Shown one piece after another: positions 48,347-59,290 of a DNA stretch of 64,000 nt. This DNA comes from Magallana gigas (taxonomy: Eukaryota): positions 23,932,001-23,996,000 of the forward strand of contig NC_088854.1 of NCBI RefSeq assembly GCF_963853765.1. The letters are read 5' to 3'. Made by a program: the position numbers and the translations under genes. A model generated the notes under the pieces. It was not told the origin of the DNA, searched no databases, and was given only the letters and a program-made list of their open reading frames with translations. How positions within the stretch are numbered: position 1 is the first letter of the stretch; each line of letters begins with the position of its first letter.

Positions 48347-49898
48347 TTGTGAGGAAAAATTGTTTTGTTGTTTAGTCTTATGAACTAACATATACTAATG
48401 TCTTTCATATGCAAACACTATGTTGGTGTATCTGTATTTATTTGTTTGGTATACACATATTTTTGTTGTTGTTAATGCATACCGGTATTTAAAGTTGCAT
48501 TGCATCTTTGAGTGTGTTAAGGTGATGATTAATATATTTATTATACATGTATTGCACATGTATTGTGTCTATGATCATTATCATAGTCTTTAGATTTATA
48601 AACTTTAAGACTTTAAGAGAAGGGGGGGTCTTAACATAAATTACTGATTGTTACTTTTTTGGTAATTTCAAAATTATTCTATTTATTAGGGTAAACACTT
48701 AGAAGTTTTGTTGAATGTATGTTTCTGAAATTTTGTTTGGCAAAATAAATAGCTAAATACTTTTCCTCCATAGGTTGAATCTCACAATAGACCAACTACC
48801 GTTGTTGGCTTAATTTTTTGCATTGATTTTCTAGTAACTGTTGTAAAAACTTTTGTAAATACTATACTACATGTATGTATAATGATAATTAATCTAACTA
48901 AAGATTTATTGCAAAACGAGAAATCTTGAAATAAAATCATACGTAAAAAATTTAATGCTCGCCGTGTGTTTTGTCTTCCGAGACCGAAAACAATCTCTCC
49001 TAAGTAACTGTACATTTTGAACAAAAATGCACCGAATATTGATTTTTCCAAAAAAATCTGAAGATCAGTTATTGCACTTCAGATGATTATAATTTGTTTA
49101 ATCGACCAAAATGACCACTTGATTACCATGAATTTAAAATCGGCCAAATAGTTTCAAAGCGTTTAAGGCGACTAGACGCATAGAACACTCGAACCAATGT
49201 TTGACTAAAGCTGTCTCTCGTGCAGTAAACATTGTTTCGGAAAGACTTGGTTTTGCTATAAACAAACACAAAAAAAGCGCGAAATTTTTCCAGTCGCAGA
49301 AGCAAAGACAGTTAACTTCCCCATACGTCTGACGTGATCCCTCATGCATTAATTTTGGTGACCCCTAGGGGCTGTATGTTATGAAAATATACACAATGTA
49401 TACGTATACGTTCTTAGTTATTGTTTATAATTATACCTTAAACTTTAAAAGAAACAGTGATATTATCATTATCGCCTAGAATTAAAAGCTTCATTTTATT
49501 TGGGGGGGGGGGGGGCAAAATCTGTTATGGCATATTCAGTGTATATATGCAGTTATTATATTATAGAAATCGAAAATGTTGTGGATTAACGGTTTTATAT
49601 AAAAAAAATTTATTAAAGATCAATCTATAAGACTAAAGATATTTACGACTTTGTCGTAAGTTCTTTTGTAAAACGCAGATTCAAATGATTAGCCTAGAAT
49701 CTTCAGTCAGGTACTCTACAAACTTAGCCCAATGGGACCAAAGTTAGAATTGCATGGTTTTGATCACTATTCTCAATTCATTTTGACATAATCTTAAATT
49801 GTTTACTGCTTACTTTGTAGTTTGTCTCACTTAGTTCTGAATAGGAAATACTACTGAATTGTGTTAATTGGTATGCAGTCTGTTTTCTTGGATTTTTA

Positions 49899-51040
49899 TT
49901 ATCATTTAATATTTATTCGTTTGATGAGATATCGGCGCTTCTGATTGGTTGAAAAATTTCTTTGATACCTGCATCAATAAAATTTTCGCCGGATCTACTT
50001 TTCTCAACTGCTCTGATCTAACACTATTTATAGAACGGGAATTTCCAAGATAAACACTGTCAACAAAATGTAAAGTTGTGTCTGTTTTATTGTCAGCAAA
50101 CAAAATGCAAACTTGTGAATATAAAAACTTGAAAGTTTAATCTTCAAAAATAAACAAAACACTTTGTTTGATTCACGAAATAGAAAATTAAGCGTCTTCT
50201 CACGATTTCGTCTGCTTGATATCAATCAACATTTACAGCGAGGCTGGCTGTTCCTTTTAAGGATTTCAATATTATAACGAACATATAGGCATATAAACTT
50301 TCACGGTAACACTGCTGTTCAAATTTGGTAACGATAATTTTTAAATTTACACACGTAGATGATCGGTCATCAAAATAAGCGTCGTAAAGAAAAGCTATGA
50401 GTAATATATACATCAACTCCTTCGGTGAATTCCAAGCGGCAGATTTATACCATTTAGGTACATCACTGGCTATCTAGTTACCACAAAGTTTACAAAAGCG
50501 CTTATACATGCTATTCTTTGTCGACATATCAGCTATTTTCGTCCACGATCGCTTTTCCTTGGATCATTGGATGGTTATGTCCAGTTGCATATTCCAGCGA
50601 TCTCACATGAAAACTAGTTTTAATACGAGTTTTTCTGCACAGTGAATGATATCACAAGTTATCGCATGTACTTTCCTTTCGTTTTCAATTCAGCCGGTTC
50701 AGATTTTAACTCACTATTTGTGTTTAATCCATTAAATTCAGCCCAGTAGCTCTGCATCAGCTGAAGGCGAATCCATTTTGAATATTGTTGCTGTTGTTGT
50801 TTTGTATTCATGCGCGCCGCTTCATTTACATTATTTACATTTTTTATCAATGACACATCACATTTTTTTAGTTGAAAATGTTTTATTAAATGATAAGAAA
50901 TGAAGTTAATAATTTTTCTATTGATCGACGTATCAAAGAAAAAATTGACCGGAAAACTTTTTCACGCATTGATGAAGTTTTCCGGTCAATTTTTTCTTTG
51001 ATACGTCGATCAATAGAAAAATTATTATCTTCATTTCTTA
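49899..51040. mobile_element. ~1.1 kb hairpin-ended element (family HP-2), non-coding
   Basis: 13-bp inverted repeats TTATCATTTAATA (49899-49911) / TATTAAATGATAA (50884-50896); CTGATTGG near the left end; ~66-bp-arm hairpin at 50894-51040. Confidence 0.7.
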
Positions 51041-51206
51041 AATGCTTTTAGGGGAATTACTTTGATCCATTCCTTTGGATGGATGAGTTTAAGGATACAG
51101 TTCCTGACCACGTACATGCAGGATATGACGTAGTTAGTTAAAAAATTAGTTTTCATCCTGAATGATTATAAGTTAAGATGTACAGTATAAAGATTGATAT
51201 AAAGTA

Positions 51207-51384
51207 CAGTCAAACTTCGCTATCTCAAACTAGATGGGACTGTTTTAAAACTTTGAGGTATCCGATTATTTGAGATATCGAAGGTAAAATACTTGAAAAG
51301 TAAGTGGTTAGGACTTACTACTAATCACTTCGACATATCCATTGTATTCGAGATATCAGTGCTTGAGATATCGAAGTTTAACTG
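51207..51384. mobile_element. Tc1/pogo-like MITE, second copy
   Basis: TA-CAGTCAAACTTCGCTATCTCAAAC..GAGATATCGAAGTTTAACTG-TA. Confidence 0.85.
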
Positions 51385-51850
51385 TATACTTAAAAAAATC
51401 AATTAAAGAACTGTTAATACATATTATTATACTTTCATGTTAAATACTGTTGTACCATAGCTGTCGCTATATACACCACGTTTTCTTTGTTTAAAAACGT
51501 GGTGTATATATGGCAAACCCACAGTTCTCTATAGCGGGTATATACACCTATAAGAGAGCTTGAAGCTCCGCCCTCTTATATAGTTTAGGGAAAAAACCAC
51601 AGTCATGAATAATTACTCTTTATTAGTGTACAGACAGAAATAAGAATAATTGAGAATTAATAAAGATTGAATCAATAATTCAATACTCTCTCTGTCTCTC
51701 TCAACCGTTTTTACGGCACAAGAACAAAACTCAAAATTAATGATATTTCCCCCTCTATCTCCCCCTCTTTCTCTCTCCCTTTCTCTAAGTATAACAAATC
51801 GTTCACAATGTAATTATTATGAGCACATATTTACTTGAATAACCCTCATC

Positions 51851-53384
51851 TTAAAATCCACCGAAGTTAAATGTGCAATTGGTGAAGATAGGTCCAGAGA
51901 CTGAGTTGTCAACATCCATGGAGCGTGCTGAATCAAGGGAAGCTGTAGTAATCGTAGAGGTAGGCTCATCACTTTTCCTGAAGCGCTTAGGTTCTAACAC
52001 GGTGGATACTTCCTTCATCATGTCGTCTGACGCTCTTTGGTTCGATGGAACGGTGAACCGTGCGGGTCATAATCTCCTGCTCCTCTACCCCCGCCTGATA
52101 CAAAGCCGTCGCACAGGTTCGCTTCCCGGAGTGATTGGTAAAGTTACCACTCAACCCGCCCTCTTCACACATGGATTTCATCATGGTTGACAATTTATTT
52201 ACACCAATACATTGTTTGCTGAATTTTCTACCCTCTAACGCTCTTCTGTAGAACGGTCCAGCCGAATCCCCGTCGTCGGATACACTGAGAACAAGGCAAA
52301 TGTACTCTTTATAAATATTGTACAACTCAATGTCCGAGAATATGTGTTTGATGACTTTTGGCGAAACGTTGCGCTGGTTAAGGCCACCTGCAATTCACAA
52401 AAATTTTAATTGAAATTATCAATGAATACTAGCATTCTGATGCAATTTCCTAATTAATTCTCTTTATTTTAATATTGGAAATGATTTTTATTTACTCAGC
52501 AAATTATCGCTACTTTATTGTTTAACTTTTGCAAATAATAAAAATTTTACCTTTACATGTTTTATTGGTCCGCCCTTTAAAAATGATCAACGGGCGATCA
52601 TTATCATTCTCATCATGCAGTTCAAATTGATTTATCGCCAGATTTCGGTGTTCGTCAATTCCTCGTAGGCCGAACAACTTACAGTTGTAGAAGAAGACCG
52701 AATATAACATCGACTTGGAAGTGGAATTTCCTAAAATGTTCTTCTCCCAAAGGCATTTTTCGTCGTTTTCTGACAACGGCTCGGCTTGTCTTTTGACGAT
52801 TCCAATGCCTTGAGACGTCAGTTCAGACATTTTGGCGCTCAAAGCCTGACGAAAACCTTGGAAACAAATATTTTTTTCATCCAAAAAGTACTTCCCATTT
52901 TCACGCAGATGCCTTAACAGACCCACGCACAGCTGGTAAAGGGATCTGGGTGGATATGGGTTTCCATCCTTTCGTCTGACTTCCAAGACAAATCTCGTCA
53001 TTAAGTTATTCATCTCAGTTTCGTTCGTTATCTTTTCCAAGTCAGGAATAAAGGCCCCAGTAATTTCCATTCGATATTTTCTCCATTCTAGAAAAGTACT
53101 CAGACTCCAATTAGTGTTTTTACGCGTGTTCTTGCTTTCAAACGACTTTTTAATAGAATATATATCTCCTCCTCTTCAACCAATGGCCCAAACCGATTTT
53201 TGTCTTCTTCATTGGTATCAAACAAATCATCCAGCCCTTCAAACATCTCAAAATCTGCAAATTCAGCTTCCTCCACTTTGTAAACTTCTACTGTTTGTGT
53301 AAGTGACATTTCATTTAAGGATTCCCAAGCTTCGGCAATATCCAAAGCCTGAGACAACGCAAAATCCAGTCCGTCTTCCTCCAT
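51851..53384 (-). pseudogene. Tyrosine recombinase of the CryptonA/ZMYM/QRICH1/KCTD1 (DUF3504) type, 2 exons, inactivated
   Basis: Motifs NTRKNTNWS..EW, FVLEVRRKDGNPYPPRSLY, FGLRGIDEH, KT.KG|GLNQR across a GT-AG intron (52388-52550), PFYRR, IGVNKL, FTNHSGKRTCATALY, RTVHRS, C-terminal FTNCTFNF. One frameshift near 53140; a frameshifting deletion after HRSIE removes the segment expected to hold the catalytic Tyr. Confidence 0.85.
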
Positions 53385-53609
53385 GTTTTACCCGGAATAA
53401 CCACCCGAACACGTGTCTTTTTGTGCGATACCTTATGCCAGTTCAATCGTGCGTGACAAATCGATTGACAATAGTAAACATTGGCTTCTGTGTCTTATTT
53501 GTTATTTAGGTCAGAAAAATAATAGTAACTAATGTGAATGTCTTGAGAAAATTAAAAAAGAAATTGATTGTATCTATAATACGTTAAATAATAGAATTGC
53601 ACATATTCT

Positions 53610-53625
53610 CTCCCTCTCACTCACT

Positions 53626-53681
<56 letters not shown>
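53610..53681. repeat. (CT)n microsatellite inside the Crypton-type element
   Basis: Direct reading. Confidence 0.9.
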
Positions 53682-53684
<3 letters not shown>

Positions 53685-55039
53685 CGCTATATTTAGTAAC
53701 AACATTTTGGTGTAGCTATGGTACAAGCAAGTTACCGATATGCTTTTCTATTGGTTTGCTTTAGATACCCGATGACATTTTGAAACGCCCACTCGGGGCG
53801 TTGCCCCTCGTGGGCGTTTCAAAATTGTCATCGGGTATCTAAAGCAAACCAATAGAAAAGTATACGGTAACTATAACAAATCTGATTGGTTTAGACGCAG
53901 TTGATAATCCGTTCTATTACCCTCAGCCTTAGCAACACACTTGGCAACGGGTAACACAACGAATTGTTACATGCGCGTAAATTATGCGCGTACGGTTCGC
54001 CGTAAAATTAACATCATTTCTATATAAAGGCAGTAAAATTTTCTCTAAAATTAAGACATTCAGTATTAATAAAAATTCGCGTCGGTTGACAATGGTTTTC
54101 TCGGGGTGTCAATTTCAACAGTTACCCTCCCAAGCAGACACTATTTATATAATGTATTGTGCAAGTGTGTGTGATATACTGAGTACTGCATAATGTTAGT
54201 CAAGGCGTATTAACTCCTTAGTTCAGTTGGAAGAGCGTAGATTTAGCATTGTTGCACATGGTCATACCCTTAATTTGAAACAGAAAAATTGTATTTATAG
54301 GTCACATACGTCATCAAAGGAAGTATACACTATGAAGATATATGTGGTTACAAAGGCATATTTCAGCTGGAGATGTACATATAAATATTCAATTCTTAGA
54401 CTAGAAATATGGGCTAATTCATCTTGGGTGATCAAGTATTTTTATCATTTATCAGATCGATAGAAAATTTTGCTCAGGTAATGTAGGTGAAATAAATGTG
54501 ATCAAGTACAGTCATGTTCCACCTTGCACATAATGTATCATAGGATGNNNNNNNNNNNNNNNNNNNNNNNNNNNNNNNNNNNNNNNNNNNNNNNNNNNNN
54601 NNNNNNNNNNNNNNNNNNNNNNNNNNNNNNNNNNNNNNNNNNNNNNNNNNNNNNNNNNNNNNNNNNNNNNNNNNNAAACAGATATTTAGCAATATATATA
54701 TATCCATGATGCAGTGTATATAAATATATTCACAATTAAAGACACCATAACGTAAAATAAGGCTTTTAATATACTGTAGTTCCCAACAAATGTAGATCAG
54801 CACAAAGAGAAATTCAACAACAAAAACAATATAGTGCTGAAAAGCCCATTTGACGTCAACATGAAACAGTTCATTGAGATTTGAGTAACTTGTTGTAGTA
54901 AGCCAAAACTAAACCGCATTCCCCACAGCGGCGGATGATTCTAACCAAATGTATACAATCTGTTTGCATTTTATTTCGTGATTCCGTTATTTCTAATCCT
55001 TGTCATATTTGTCGGATAAAGATACCATTCGCAGATGGC

Positions 55040-56731
55040 CTACGTTTTAGGAAGACACATATTTTTGACAGCTTTCCGATCAGACTTGCCCGTAGATGTT
55101 CTTGGTAGATCATTAAGAAACACAATATGCCTGGGTACGTAGACATTTTCCGTAAACTTTGCATCTTCTGTGATGTTCAGTTCTCGTTTGATAAACTCAC
55201 GCAGGGATTCTTCGGTCAAGGTCGATCCGTCCACTCTGACAACTGCAGCACATGGAACATCATCCGCGTGACTTTGGTCCTTGATGGCGAAGACCACCAC
55301 CTCCATAACATCCGGGTGCCTTTTTACGTATGCCTCAATGAAAGACGGTGTAATTTTGTTTCCTGAAATTTGCATCACATCAGACACTCTACCCAATACC
55401 TCCAGATGTCCCGCTGAATTGATTTTACAGAAGTCGTCTGCTTTATACCAACCAGAAGAGTCAAGGACTATCGCTGTTTTCTCAGGGTCATTTAGATATC
55501 CCTTAAATTGAGGGGACGAGCGTATGTAAAGCTCTCCTTTCGAACCTCGAGGAACAACGAAGCCATCCTTTCCAACCACCTTTAATTCCATACCTGCTAG
55601 AGGTAACATGCCCATAATTTCATCCCCCCGCGGTTCAGATGAACGATAAATCTTTCCTGCAATCATACCAGCTTCTGTGCTACCATAAAGGGCTGAAAAG
55701 GCATCATATACCTTACCTTTGCCCTCGAAACAAATTGGCGGAATAGGTTGGCCTGATACAATAACTGATTGAAATTTCCAAAGAAAGTCTTCTGATCCCG
55801 TCATTTCTAGGTAGAAAGGAACTACAAAAAATCCACAGTCAGGTTTTTCCTTATGAATGATGGTCTTGGTGAATTGTACAATCTCTGAATATGATGACAA
55901 CGCCAGCGTGGTTTTCTGAGTAACTCTTGTTCCGCCAACTACCATTACAAATCCTGGGTACCCGCCTTGCCAGAAGAAGGGTCGATCATTGTAATAAATG
56001 GTACCACTGTCTTTCTTTATATCCACATCTAAAAGAAAGGCATAATCTTCACCATATTTGACAAATTCGTAATGGCTTTTTTCGACCACTTTCGGAAATC
56101 CCGTACTTCCAGAGGTTTGAAGCACAGCTGCTTTATCTTCAGGGTCAATTTCAGGCAGTTCAGTGTTGTCATCACAAAAAATACTGGCTATTGTTGGAAA
56201 TCCTTCATGTGATCCTATCGGAGAAAGTGCTATCAGCCATTTCAAAGCAGGGATATCAGATTGCAATACACCTCCAGTGTTTTGATCAACTTGAGCTATT
56301 CGTTGCATTACTTCCCAATGAGAATCTCTGAGTCCCGGATCAAAGAGGATTGCCTTGCATCCGCCGACTTTGGTCAGAGTTCTTTTGATACCATCTCCAC
56401 TTTTGTCGTGGAACGGAAAGTATACCGGGCAAGCCTTGGCAAATAGAACCCCATAGGTACCGACCATCCATTCAGACGTGTTGTTTCCTCCGATTCCGAC
56501 ATAGTCCCCTCCCTTTACACCAATACGAGTAAGCCCCTTTGCCAACTTGACGGCATCGTTGTAGAATTTACCGTAAGTTATCGAGGTTCTGGTCCCGTCG
56601 TGGCTGTAACAAACAATGGCTTCTCTATCTGGTTGAATGGTTCCCCATTTCTCCAAAAGTTTAGTAAGCGTAGTATACGGTGCAGCGGAGATCCTCTCGG
56701 ACCGTAGATAACTGCCTATGTCCATATCCAT
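55040..56731 (-). CDS. AMP-binding (ANL superfamily) acyl-CoA synthetase-like enzyme, intronless, copy 1
   Basis: P-loop LQTSGSTGFPK, YGSTEAG, GWYKADD (atypical for TGD), hinge GRVSDVMQISGNK, PRTSTGK. First ATG at 56731 (the track start 56752 is TTG and overlaps a likely TTTTGCAG acceptor). Confidence 0.92.
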   Translation of the reverse strand: MDMDIGSYLRSERISAAPYTTLTKLLEKWGTIQPDREAIVCYSHDGTRTSITYGKFYNDAVKLAKGLTRIGVKGGDYVGIGGNNTSEWMVGTYGVLFAKACPVYFPFHDKSGDGIKRTLTKVGGCKAILFDPGLRDSHWEVMQRIAQVDQNTGGVLQSDIPALKWLIALSPIGSHEGFPTIASIFCDDNTELPEIDPEDKAAVLQTSGSTGFPKVVEKSHYEFVKYGEDYAFLLDVDIKKDSGTIYYNDRPFFWQGGYPGFVMVVGGTRVTQKTTLALSSYSEIVQFTKTIIHKEKPDCGFFVVPFYLEMTGSEDFLWKFQSVIVSGQPIPPICFEGKGKVYDAFSALYGSTEAGMIAGKIYRSSEPRGDEIMGMLPLAGMELKVVGKDGFVVPRGSKGELYIRSSPQFKGYLNDPEKTAIVLDSSGWYKADDFCKINSAGHLEVLGRVSDVMQISGNKITPSFIEAYVKRHPDVMEVVVFAIKDQSHADDVPCAAVVRVDGSTLTEESLREFIKRELNITEDAKFTENVYVPRHIVFLNDLPRTSTGKSDRKAVKNMCLPKT

Positions 56732-57705
56732 CTGCTCTGCAAAATTCACCAAATAGTATTTAGGTTTTCAAAACAGGTCAAGACTATAGCCAGTTCGAGT
56801 AATGACTGTTTTTTAGAGCAGTGTCGCTTAAAATTGTGTCATTTCAGCGTGCACTGATTAGCATGCGTTAGTTCAAGCATGAAGGCAAAATGAAACACAC
56901 AATTAAATGATATATGTATATATATAATTACATTACGAACGTTTTGCATTTAGCACCGCCCATTCTCAACCTAGAAAATGGACAAGTTCGTGTTTATCTG
57001 TATTCACTGACTATAACCCAAGACCAAAGTAGTTTACATGATAGCAAAGTTTACATGATACATAAATATTCTTACCTCCTGCTAGATTGTAAGAAAATCA
57101 CTGGCTTACAGCAGTCACATGGAGACAATGTATAATCCATACATAGTAAAAAAATATTGGCCCCTTTGCTTTCTCCGATTAAAACTTGTAATATTATTTC
57201 CATTGTTATATTTACTTTTTATCATTAAAAAAAGGCAGTTGGTAAGATATAATCGCTACACGACTTGTAGTTGACCTAATATGGTGTATACATGGTCAGT
57301 AAATTTACTGACCATGTATATGTATAAACCATATTAGGTCAACTACAAACCATGTACATGTATCTCCAAGTGCCTATCAAGGTTACAATCAAGAGGCCCT
57401 TGGACCTTAATGGTCACCTGATCAGTAATACCGAAATATTAGTTTAAAAAGGGGGCATCTCATGGGAGAAAGCGGTTTAAGTTTTGAAACGTGTGCCCAA
57501 TCCAAATTGTATTCATGTGCAATAAAAATATTTTCAAATCAAATTAATTATTTTGAAAATTTTAAGCTAACATTTTTAAGAATTATGCTTAATGTTATTA
57601 CACCAGCTACTGGGCATACTGTTGCTATCCCAACACTTTTGTCTAGAAATCAACAATATAACAAAGTTGCAAGCACCCAGTTCAAATTATTTTATAAACT
57701 ACATT

Positions 57706-58072
57706 GTTATACTTTCATGTTGAATACTGAAATCTGATTGGTTAAGACGCAGTTAATAATATTTACTATTACCCTCAGCGTTAGCAACGCACTTGGCAAC
57801 GGGTAACATTAAAAAATGTTACATGCGCGAAAATTATGCGCGTACGGTTCGCTGTAGAATTCACGTTATTCCTATATAAAAGCAGTAAAATTTTCTTAAA
57901 ATTTTTAAAAAAGACATTCAGTATAACAAAATAAATAGTGCCTGTTTGGGAGGATAACAGTTGAAATTGACACCCCTCGAAAACCATTGTCAACCTCCGC
58001 TTCGCGTCGGTTGACAATGGTTTTCTCGGGGTGTCAATTTCAACTGTTACCCTCCCAAACAGGCACTATTTA
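57706..58072. mobile_element. HP-1 hairpin-ended element copy
   Basis: Homologous to 17157-17520, hairpin intact. Confidence 0.85.
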
Positions 58073-59290
58073 TATAATATGACATGTTTAATATCCAAAA
58101 TTGTGCGCTCCTAACAATTTGAACACTTTTTCCATTACTTTCAGCCACATTAATCTGGTCTTTAGAAATAAAATAGTAATTTTAAATACATTACATTGTC
58201 AGAATTTTGTGAGAGGGGAAGAAGTATTGTTACATTTTAAACATCTTACCGTTAATGTATCGCTCTGTAGCAATAAAACACTACAAAGGACTAACGACGC
58301 GTTTAGACTGAGTGAAGGCCGGTCATCTACCCATGAATCCGGACAGAGGAGTAACAACCGGAAAATGGAAACTGACAAATTGGTTTAAAAAAAATACCAG
58401 GGTCCTTGACAATAAATACATGACTGTGCATGTGTTTATTTACATGACATATCAGTATACACAAACATCGTGATGAGAAAAATACAATGCATTGTAAATT
58501 AATTTAATAAAAAAAAAACAACAACGGTCGGTTGTTCTTCTTATGATTTTTTGACGTGTTCTTGTGTAAATTTTCCGGTGTACAAGTATGTGTATGTGTC
58601 TGTGGTTAAGCACTGAATATTCTCATTCTCACTTGATTGAATAAGATATGAGCCAACTTTGCACTGTTTAGTTTGTTTGAAAGTAAAGCAAGATAAGTGA
58701 AAATAAATATGTTTATAATGACAGCTTGTGCAGNNNNNNNNNNNNNNNNNNNNNNNNNNNNNNNNNNNNNNNNNNNNNNNNNNNNNNNNNNNNNNNNNNN
58801 NNNNNNNNNNNNNNNNNNNNNNNNNNNNNNNNNNNNNNNNNNNNNNNNNNNNNNNNNNNNNNNNNNNNNNNNNNNNNNNNNNNNNNNNNNNAATATTGAA
58901 CAGACAACAGATATTGTTTAGCAATATATTTATCCATTATGCAGTGTATATAAACATATTCACAATTAATGACACCATAACGTAAAATAAGGCTTTTACT
59001 ATACTGTAATTCCCAACAAATGTATAATTCAAACATGACAAACAGATCAGCACAAAGAGAAATTCAACAACAAAAAACAATATAGTGCTGAAAAGCCCAT
59101 TTGACGTCAACATGAAACAGTTCATTGAGATTTGAGTAACTTGTTGTAGTAAGCCAAAACTAAACCGCATTCCCCACAGCGGCGGATGATTCTAACCAAA
59201 TTTATACAATCTGTTTGCATTTTATTTCGTGATTCCGTTATTTCTAATCCTTGTCATATTTGTCGGATAAAGATACCATTCGCAGATGGC

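Larger units (their letters stand above)
51450..53877 (-). mobile_element. Crypton-type (DUF3504-like) tyrosine-recombinase DNA transposon, defective
   Basis: Interrupts an HP-1 copy exactly at TTAAATACTG|AAATCTGATTGG with no TSD; 13-bp inverted repeats TTGTACCATAGCT (51450-51462) / AGCTATGGTACAA (53714-53726); ~65-bp-arm hairpin 53731-53871; encodes a tyrosine recombinase. Confidence 0.85.
51052..54380 (+). pseudogene. Relic of a third pirin paralogue (exons 2 and 3 only)
   Basis: 51052-51132: ttttag|GNYFDPFLWMDEFKDTVPDHVHAGYDV|gttagt (4 codons shorter than the paralogues). 54301-54380: tatag|VTYVIKGSIHYEDICGYKGI.. with a 1-nt deletion and donor GT changed to AT. Confidence 0.8.

Noticed and set aside
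57390-57421. CAAGAGGCCCTTGGACCTTAATGGTCACCTGA (also 61640-61672, and a reverse-type match near 16175-16207) resembling a Helentron/HINE terminus
   Set aside because: Only a short terminal motif recalled from memory; no matching other end could be delimited, so it is not listed as a feature.
54474-59036. ORFs containing X runs
   Set aside because: They span assembly N gaps; not evidence of coding.
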